The notes under the pieces: model-generated
What the model saw: only the letters and a program-made list of their open reading frames with translations
What the model was told of the DNA's origin: nothing
Database searches by the model: none
Program-made: the position numbers and the translations under genes
Shown here: one piece after another, positions 22,201 to 30,800 of the stretch
Position numbering within the stretch: the stretch's first letter is position 1
How the letters are laid out: each line of letters opens with the position of its first letter
Assembly: GCA_004431415.1 (NCBI GenBank)
Contig: QPMI01000355.1
Coordinates: 1 to 33,573, forward strand
DNA: 33,573 nt
From: Cyanophora paradoxa CCMP329
Lineage: Eukaryota > Plantae > Glaucophyta
Direction of reading: 5' to 3'

Positions 22201-25200
22201 GGCGGGGCGCAGTCGAAGGACCTGCAGCGGAAGGTGCGGGCGGAGTTCCTGCACATCCTGATGGCGGAGAAGGACGGCTTCATCGAGGTGGAGGTGACGC
22301 TCCCCGACGCGAGGCGGGAGAGGCTCGAGGAGGAGATCCGCACCAACTTCCTCTCCAACGACGTGAACGAGACGGCGCAGTACTGGAACGAGCAGCGGGC
22401 GGAGATCCTCGAGGAGTGCCTCCGCTCGCTGCTGCCGCCCATCATGGTGCGGGACATGCGGGCACGGCTCGCGCGCGACGCCAAGGTGGCGATGGCGGAG
22501 ACGCTCTACAGCCGCGTCCACGAGATGCTCAACGTGCAGCCGTACCGCCTCCCCTCCGAGGCGCTCCACTCTGTGGACCATCAGGACTACGAGCGGATCG
22601 AGAACTGCCGCGTGCTGGCCATGTGCACGGGGACGGTGCCGCCGGACCCGCTCAAGAAGGAGAAGGGCGGGCCGGTGCAGCGGACGATGGCGGTGATGCT
22701 GGATGCGGACGGGGAGGTCCTCGACCACCTCGCCCTCGCGAACATGGGCCTCGCGGTGAACGCGCGCCGCGAGGAGGACGCCAACCGCAAGAACGCCGAC
22801 CTCGACGCCCTCCACGAGTTCATCGCCCGCCACGAGTCCGCCCCGCCCCGCTCCCCCGGCCCGGCCCCGCCCCGCGCGGCGCCGACGGGGCCGGCTCGCG
22901 CGCTCGCAGGCCGCACGTGGTGGTGGTGGCGACGAACGGGATCAACGACCGGCGGCTCTTCATGGACATGCGATCGGTGGCGGACACGGTGAAGCAGCGC
23001 AGGGCGCTCGCCTCGGGCCTCCGCGAGCTGAACGTCGTCCTCTGCGACTCGGCGGCGGCGCGCATCGCCGAGGCCTCCACGCGCTACCAGCAGGAGTTCG
23101 CCGAGTACCAGCCCCTCCTCCGCCACGCCATCTCGGTGCCAGCCCCGCCCCGCCGTCGCCCGCCCCCCGAGGCGCCCCGCTCACTCTGCGGGGGGGTCAG
23201 ATCGGGCGGCGGATGCAGGAGCCGCTGGCGGAGCTGGCGGGGCTGATGACGGAGGAGCGGGAGATGCTGGACCTGCGGCTGCACCCGCTGCAGGAGATGC
23301 TCTCCAAGGAGGAGCGCCTGCAGGCCATCGAGCGCGCCTTCATCGACGTCACCTGCGCCGTCGGCGCCGACATCAACCGCATGCTCGCCCACCCGCACCT
23401 CGCCGCCCCGCTCCAGTTCGTCGGCGGCCTCGGCCCGCGCAAGGCGGCGCACCTGCTGCAGGCGATGGGCTCGGCGAAGAGCGGGCGGCTGGCGAGCCGG
23501 AAGGACCTGCTGGCGGGGAACATGTCGATGAAGCGCAAGGTCTTCATCAACTCGGCCTCCTTCATCCGCGTGCGCGACCACTCCAACGACTTCGGCGCCG
23601 AGGTCGTCGGTCCGTCGCCCCGCCCCGCCCCGCCCACCCCGCCCGGGCGGCCCGTGACGGGCCCCAGACGTCCTGGACGACACGCGGATCCACCCGGAGA
23701 GCTACACGATGGCGATCCGCATGGCGGGGGACGCCATCCAGGCGGACGAGGAGGACCAGGAGAAGGTGCAGCTCTACGTCGAGTACGTCATGCGGGAGCC
23801 GCAGAAGCTCGACGCCCTGGACCTGGACGCGTACGCGGACGAGCTGGAGAAGCAGGGGGCCGGCCGCAAGCGGGACACCCTCTACGCGATCAAGGAGGAG
23901 CTGGAGCGGCCGTACGCGGACCCGCGCGAGCCGTGGCAGGCGCCGGACGCGGCGGCGCTCTTCACGATGATGACGGGGGAGAACGAGGAGACGCTGCAGC
24001 GGGGCCAGGTGGTGCACGCGAACATCGTCCACGTCTTCGCGGCGGGGGCCAAGTGCGTGCTCGACTCGGGCGTCGAGGGCTTCATCCACAAGTCCGCCAT
24101 CTCCGACGACTTCGTCGAGGACGTCGCCACCCGCGTCGAGAAGGGCCCGCCCCCGCCCCGCCCCGCCCCGCACCCCGCCCCGCCCCGCCCCGCTCACCGG
24201 GGCGGCGGGGCGCGCAGGCATGTCCGTCCTCTGCAAGGTCCTCTCCGTCGTCCCCAGCGAGTTCAAGGTGGACCTCACCACCAAGTCCTCCAAGCTCCAG
24301 GAGCGCGAGAAGTGGCCCGAGGGCAAGGTCCGCCCCCCCGCCCCCTCTTCCTCTCCCGCCACCGCCGACCCCGCCGGCAGCCGTACGACTCGCGCCTGGA
24401 CATCCAGAGCATCGTCCCCCCGCCGCCCAGCGCGGACGAGGGTGCGCGGGGGCCGGGCCGCGCCTTGCGTGCGCCCTCTCGAGCGCCGGGGGCGCAGAGA
24501 AGAAGAAGGGGGCGGGCAAGGAGAAGTACCTGAAGCGGTCGATCCAGCACCCGCTCTTCCAGAACGTGGCGCGCTCGCAGGCGGAGCGGACGCTCGAGGG
24601 GCGCGAGGTCGGGGACATGGTCATCCGGCCCTCCTCCAAGGGCGCCGACCACCTCGCCATCACCTGGAAGATGGCCCCCAACTGCTACCGCCACGTCGGT
24701 CCGCCCGCCTCCCCAGCGCCCCCCCCGCCCGGCGGCTCTGCCGGCGCTGAGGCGGGGGCGGGGCAGACATCCAGGAGGAGGGGAAGACGAACGCGATGAG
24801 CATCGGGCGCATCCTGCGCGTGCAGGACATGCTCTTCTCCGAGCTCGACGAGCTCCTCACCCGGTCCGCCCCCGCCCCGCCGCTTCCGGGGCGGCGCCTG
24901 ACGCGTCGAGGGGCAGGTACATGGACCCGATCTGCAGCTACGCGCGGGACCTGGTGAACTCGCGCTTCTTCCGGGCCGGGGACGCCGCGGAGGTGGAGCA
25001 CTGGCTGCGGGACGAGCAGCAGCAGAACTCGGCGCGGATCCCGTACTGCGTCGGGGTCTCGAACCGGTCGGACCCGAGCGCGGCGTTCACGCTCTACTAC
25101 CTCCCCTCGCGGCGCGTCTACCGCGAGGTCGTCAAGCTCTCCCCCAAGGGCTACCGCTTCTGGGACGCCACGCACCCCGACCCCGAGAAGCTCATCAAGT

Positions 25201-26129
25201 GGTTCAAGATGCACTGCGCCGCCCGCATGAAGGAGCGCCAGGCCAAGCCCGCCCCCGCCCCCGCCCCCGCCCCCGCCCCCTCCCCGCCCCCCGCCCCTTC
25301 CCCTTCCCCGCCCCCTCCCGCCCCGGCGCCCGGCCACGTCCCCTCCCATCCCCATCCCGCCATGCCGCCGGCGCAGCCGTACGGGGGCTTCCCCCCGCGG
25401 TTCGGGGGAGCCCCCGGGAGCGGGGCGCCGGCGGCGGGGGAGGCGCCGCCGCCGGCGCCGACGGCGGAGGAGGAGAGGACGTACGGGCAGATCCGGCAGA
25501 TGCTGCAGCAGCACGCCGCGAACCCGGCCTCGTACGCCACCGTCCTCGAGCGCTGCCGGCCCCTCGTCGCCCAGAACCCCGCCCTCGCCCTCCACATCCC
25601 CGAGCTCCGGCCCCTCCTCCCCGCCCCGCCTCCCACCTCCCAGGGGCCCTTCCCCGGCCAGTTCCCCCCCGGCGCCCGCGGGCCCCCCGGCGGCTTCCAG
25701 CAGGGCCCTCCCGGCGGCTTCCAGCAGGGTCCCCCCGGCGGCTTCCAGCAGGGTCCCCCGGGCGGCTTCCAGCAGGGTCCCCCCGGCGGCTTCCAGCAGG
25801 GTCCCCCCGGCGGATTCCAACAGGGCCCGCCCGGCGGCTTCCAGCAGGGTCCCCCGGGCGGATTCCAGCAGGGCCCGCCCGGCGGCTTTGCGCCCGGCCC
25901 GCCGGGCAACTTCGGCCGCGGCTTCTATGGTCAGCCAGGCCCGCCCGGGCCCCCCGGGCCCTGGAACCAGGGCCCGCCCCCGGGCGGCCCGGGTGGCGGC
26001 GGCATGCCCTGGCAGCAGGGGCCGCCGCAGGGCCCGCCCCCGGGCGGCCGCGGCTGGGGCCAGGGCCCTCCCCGCGGCGGCTACGGCGGTGGCGGGCGCG
26101 GCAGGGGCGACGACTGGCCCAGGCGTTAG
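19219..26129 (+). CDS. SPT6: Transcription elongation factor / histone chaperone SPT6 with a long C-terminal low-complexity tail
   Basis: Acidic N-terminus (FLEREAEEDDEDEE, DGFVVDE, MDDFIVDDDG); FEP...DEVIKQTDMPERMQ; LEVPFIVTHRKEY; ARHMLAQEIAHDP; WNEQR; RHAISIGRRMQEPL; LQFVGGLGPRKA; VFINSASFIRV; LDDTRIHPESY; S1 domain; tandem SH2 (IQHPLFQN, VIRPSSKGADHLAITWK). About 20 introns. Confidence 0.95.
25680..25913 (+). repeat. Coding 24-nt tandem repeat: (GPPGGFQQ)x8 plus two degenerate units, in the SPT6 tail
   Basis: Eight units identical in amino-acid sequence but with synonymous differences (ggt/ggc/gga, ccc/ccg/cct, cag/caa), then GPPGGFAP and GPPGNF. Confidence 0.95.
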
Positions 26130-26919
26130 GTGCACGACCAGTCCCCACCCCATGACACGCCCTCACCCCTCACCCTCTTTCTCGTTGCCACCTCTCGTTC
26201 TGCGCTCCCCTTTCTCTCTCGATTCTGGTGTACACAGAAATCACACCAATGCCACCTCCGAGCCAGTTCCTGATCGAATCGGAATCCGATGATCACGGCT
26301 GGGGCTGACACCACGGCTCAGTGATCCGAGTAACCACGAAGCCATTCGGCCGGCCCGTCGATCCTACGACTAGGCCATGTTTGGACACGGGGCCGCGCCC
26401 TCGAGTTGCAAGGGACCGGTTAAGCGACCGCGGCCGTCAGACTGCGGACCGCTGCTCGATCGGCCGGCGCGCGGCTTGGCGCCGGCATGTGCAGTGCGTG
26501 CGCAGCAAAGGAAAGCCCGCATGCAAATGCCCGCAAAGAACTCGGGAGAGCGCTTTAAAAGAAAGACAGCACATTAAACTTGTCCCTTATCCGCTTCACC
26601 GATGGCGGGCTGTCGGTCCAGAAGGCTTGAGAAGAGAAGTATCATAGTATTGTGCGGGGAGGTGTTCGGTCGGGAAGAGTGCGGGGCAGCGTTATGTCGG
26701 GAAGAGAACCGGCAGGTCCCGCATGGAGGTAAGCAAAAGAGAGTTGTGTGTGACAGCCGCTCAATGCACGTCGGACGCAAGATCTCATTGACTCAGAAGC
26801 TTGAAAGGATCTGACATGCGTTGGACTGTCCTAGCAGCCAGCTGTCTCCACATGGCGGCAGCTACGCCAGAGATCGGCGGGACGGACTGATTGGCTGCTA
26901 GACTGGTGGCGGAAGCCAC

Positions 26920-27548
26920 TTAACGGGCCGGGGCGGGCGCAGCAGTGCCGGCGGGCTTGGGCGCGCCGGGGGCCTTCTTCGGGCCGTCGTCCTCCTGTGG
27001 AACACGGCACGTATCGGTGGCCTACTCCGGAACGAATGCGGCGCGCGGGAGGGCCATCGATCACGGACCTTGCGGCGCGGGCGCTGGGGCGGCTCGCGGT
27101 TCTTGCGGTCGTCCCGGGAGCGGACGCGCACGACACGGGAGTGGATGGCGCACGAAATGCAGTACTGCATCTTGATGTACAGCTTGGGGAGAGCGTACAC
27201 TGCGGCGACGCGGAGAGCCCGTGAGCGATTCTGCGATCTCGCGAGCACAGCCTGGGCGGCACTGCCCGGGGCGAGCTAAGCACACCCTCGTAGACGCTGG
27301 CCTCCTTGATATCACGCTGCGCCGCCATCTCGATGATGTTGCGGACGATGAAGCGCTTCACGGCCTTGTCCTGCGCCGGGCGGCGCCGCGGGGCGACACA
27401 ATCAGCCTAAGGTGCCTCCTTTCTTGCGTTGCAATCGCCAGTGGCTACGGACCTTAGCCACACACCGGCCGCAGTTGCTGCAGCGGACCGGGTTGACATG
27501 GCCGCGGCCATGCTTCGAGCGGCCGTTGTTCCGACGCTTCTGAGTCAT
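26920..27548 (-). CDS. RPS26: 40S ribosomal protein eS26
   Basis: [32 protein letters not shown]|[28 protein letters not shown]|[28 protein letters not shown]...; three coding introns plus a probable 5'UTR intron 27611-27549 that abuts the ATG. Confidence 0.97.
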
Positions 27549-27844
27549 CTGCGTGCCCGAAGGGCGGGATTAGCTGCGATGGTCGGGGCGGCCGAGGGTG
27601 GTCGCGATCACCTTGCGATATGCCGTACCCCAGCGGAGCCGCTGCGCCGATTCCTCCCGGGAGACCCCCCGTGTACCCGGCATGGGAACCGCCGCCTGAG
27701 GCCTGCAAGCGCCTCGCTCTGTTAGTAGAGCTGTTGTAGCGTTATTGAAGCGATTCGCGCAGCTTTCGTCCGGCCCCGCCGCAGCGAGAACTTCCGCCTG
27801 GCCCTGCCGCAGGGAGAACGTGCGGTCCCAGCCGGCAGATCTAG

Positions 27845-30800
27845 ATGGCGGCCGTGTTCATGCACTCCGGCGGTGCCTCGAGGTCGCAGCGCAGCTCGCC
27901 GGGGCACGGTATGGACGACCCGGACGAGGACGCTTGGGGCCTCGGGGCGCGTGCCCCCCCCTCCGGCCAGCTCTCCTCGGGGCCCTCTTCCAGGCGTCGG
28001 TTCAACCGCAGCAGCCGCGACGGCCCCGACTCCTTCCTGCATGACCGCGACGCCTTCGGAATCCCTTCGCCGAGCGCTTCTCTCACGGCGGCTGCCCGCA
28101 CGCGCGGTCTCGGCCTCAGCGCGATGGGGTCCTGGGGCAGCGTGGGCCTGGGAGCGGGCACGGTGTCGCAGGCGGCGGCGCTCGCCTCGCTGCAAAACGA
28201 GCGGGAGCGCTCGCTGATCGACAACATGTTCGGGCGCCTCGTGTTCTGGAACAGGCGCGCCGCCGCGCCCCGCCCGCCCCGCCGCCGCGGGGCCGATGGG
28301 GCGGCAGCTTCGCGACGCGCGGGGTGGACCTGGAGGAGCTCGTCGCCGGGGCCACCGGGGGCGGTGGCGACGTCCTCCGCGGTGCGCCCCGCCGACGGGG
28401 GGCGCGGGGCGGGGCGGGTTGCGATGGGGGCGCAGGGCACTCGCGGTGGCGGGCGATTGCGGAGAGCATCCGGTCGCCCGAGGAGCGGGTCGCCTCCGAG
28501 GGCCTCTCCGAGCTCTGCTACGCCCTCACGAGCCGCACCGCCTCGCTCGCCTCCTTCCCCCCCGACCTCTTCGTCCCCCTCCTCGCCTCCATCCTCGCCG
28601 ACGACGCCCGCGCCGGCCTCATGGATATCCTTGGCGCCCGCCCCCCTCGCCCCGCCCCGCACGCCCGCGCCGCCGCCCCTGACCCGACCCCGCGGCACTG
28701 CTGGCGACGCGGGCGCTGACGCACATGATGGAGGCGATGCCGTCGACGCGGGGGGCGGTGGTGGCGGCGGGGGCCGTGCAGACCCTCTGCGGGCGCCTGC
28801 GGAGCGTCGAGTACATCGAGCTCGCCGAGCAGTCCGTCCTCGCCATCGAGCGCCTCGCCCCCGAGTACTCCCCCGCCGTCCTCCGCGCCGGCGGCCTCCA
28901 CGCCCTCCTCGCCCACCTCGACTTCTTCACCTCCTCCCAGCAGCGGGCCGCGCTGCAGGCGGCGGGGCAGCTCTGCCGGGGCCTGCCCCCCGAGCTCTTC
29001 GTGCCGCAGGTGGCGGAGAGCGGGGCGCTGGACGTGCTGGCGGGCCTCGTGGCCTCGCCGGACGCGCAGCTCGTCGAGGCGGCGGTCGCCTGCCTCGCCC
29101 GCCTCGTCGAGTCCCTCTCCGGCCCCGCCCACGAGCCGCACCTCGCCCGCATCGCCGCCGCCGGGCCCCCGCCCGGCCTCCTCGCCGCCCTCCTCGCCCA
29201 GCTCGCCCCCGCCCAGCAGCACGCCGCGGGGAGCGCCGCGAGCGCCGCCGTGCTGCGGCTGCTGGGGAACCTCTGCCGGGGCGCCCCCGCGGTGGCGGCG
29301 GAGCTGGTGCGGCGCGGGGCGGTGCCGGCGCTGGCTGCCCTCCTGCGCGAGGAGGCCGAGGCGTGCGAGGCCGGCACCGCCCTCGCCCCGCCCCTCCGGC
29401 CCCAGGCCCCCGACTACCTCGACGAGGCCCGCCCCCGCCCCTCCCTCTTTCGCCCCTCGCGCGCGTGACGGGGCGGGGCAGACGCTGGCGCTCTCGGACG
29501 AGCTGCTGCCGGCGCTGGTGCGGGGGGCGGGGGCGTCGGAGGGCCCCGGGGTGGCGGCCGCCGAGCTCGAGGCCTTCGTCGCCGCCCTGCTCCCGCCCTC
29601 GTCCGCGTCCACGCCGCCGCCCCGACCCCGCCCTCGCCGCCCGCGCCCTCTCCGCCCTCCACCGCCTCGCCTTCCACGCCCCCGCCCCGCCCCTCGCCGC
29701 CGCCGCCGCCCCGCCCGCCCCGCTCGCCGCGGCGCTGGGCGCGGGGGTCGGGCGGGGCGGGCCTGGCGGCGGTGGTGGCGGGGCGGCTGCTGCAGGGCGC
29801 GAGGCGGCCGGCGCCGCCGTCGCCCTGCAGCTCGTCGAGATCCTCATGACGAAGGCCCCCGCCGCCTACGCCGGCCCTTCCGCCGCCACGGCCTCCCCGC
29901 CGCCCTCCTCGCCATCGCCGCCGAGGGCCCGCCCCCGCCCGCCCTCCCGCGCCCCGGCCCCGCCTCCGCCGCCGGCTCGCCAGCGGGGCGGGGCGCGGGG
30001 CGGCGGCCCGGGGAGGACGTGGAGGCGCTCCTGTTCGGCCCGCCGGGGCCCGGGCGCTCGTCCCCGAGGCCGAGAGCCCGCTGCCCTCTCGCGCGCCCTC
30101 CTGGCCCTCCCCGCCCCGTCCCCGTGCGCGGGGGGCCCCCCGCGGGGGCCCCCGCCCCGGTGGGCGCCCTGGGGGCCCCTCCGACGGCTCTGGCGGAGAA
30201 GGACTACGTGATCATCGCCGGCAGCGGGGCGGGGCCCGCGGGGGCAGCGCCCGGCACCGGCACCGCCGCCGGCGTCGGCCTCTCTCCGGGGGCCGACGCT
30301 TTCCACCGCGGGACGGCGGGGCCAGCGGGTACGGAGGCGCCGGGGGCGGGTGTGGGGGGCGCGACGGCGGGCTCCCCCGGGGGCGCGGTGGGGAGCCCGC
30401 TGGGGTCGCGGAGCAAGCGGGCGTCGCGCACGGGCGGGCTCGCCGTCCCCGTCCCCTTCGGCGGCTCCTCCCCTGGAGCACCCGCCTCGCCTCGGAGGGG
30501 GCCCCCGGGGGCGAGCCCCTCCCCGTGGCCCCCGTCGCGCCCCTCCCGCCGCCTCCGGCCGCTCCGGCTCCAGCAACGGGGCCGCCTCCCCGGCGCAGAC
30601 CCCGCCGCGGCCCCCCAGGCACCCCCGGCCCCGGCGCCGCGCCCTCGTCGCCCCCGCCCCTCCTCGCCCCCTCCGTCTCCGAGCCCCGCACGCCGCCCCG
30701 CGAGGCGCCCCCGCCGGCCCCGCTGCCCCTCCCCTCTCCCGACCCTCGGCCTCTCCCCGGCGGCGGCGCTGGCGTCGGGGCCGGGGCGGGGCCGGGGGCG

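Noticed and set aside
25680-25913. 24-nt tandem repeat as a CRISPR array or satellite
   Set aside because: No spacers; it is in frame within SPT6 and varies only at synonymous sites.
26130-26830. AT-richer interval between SPT6 and RPS26 as a snoRNA or small gene
   Set aside because: Only imperfect C/D-like words (GATGATCA, CTGA) without a convincing arrangement, and short ORFs without coding signature; most likely UTRs and terminators.
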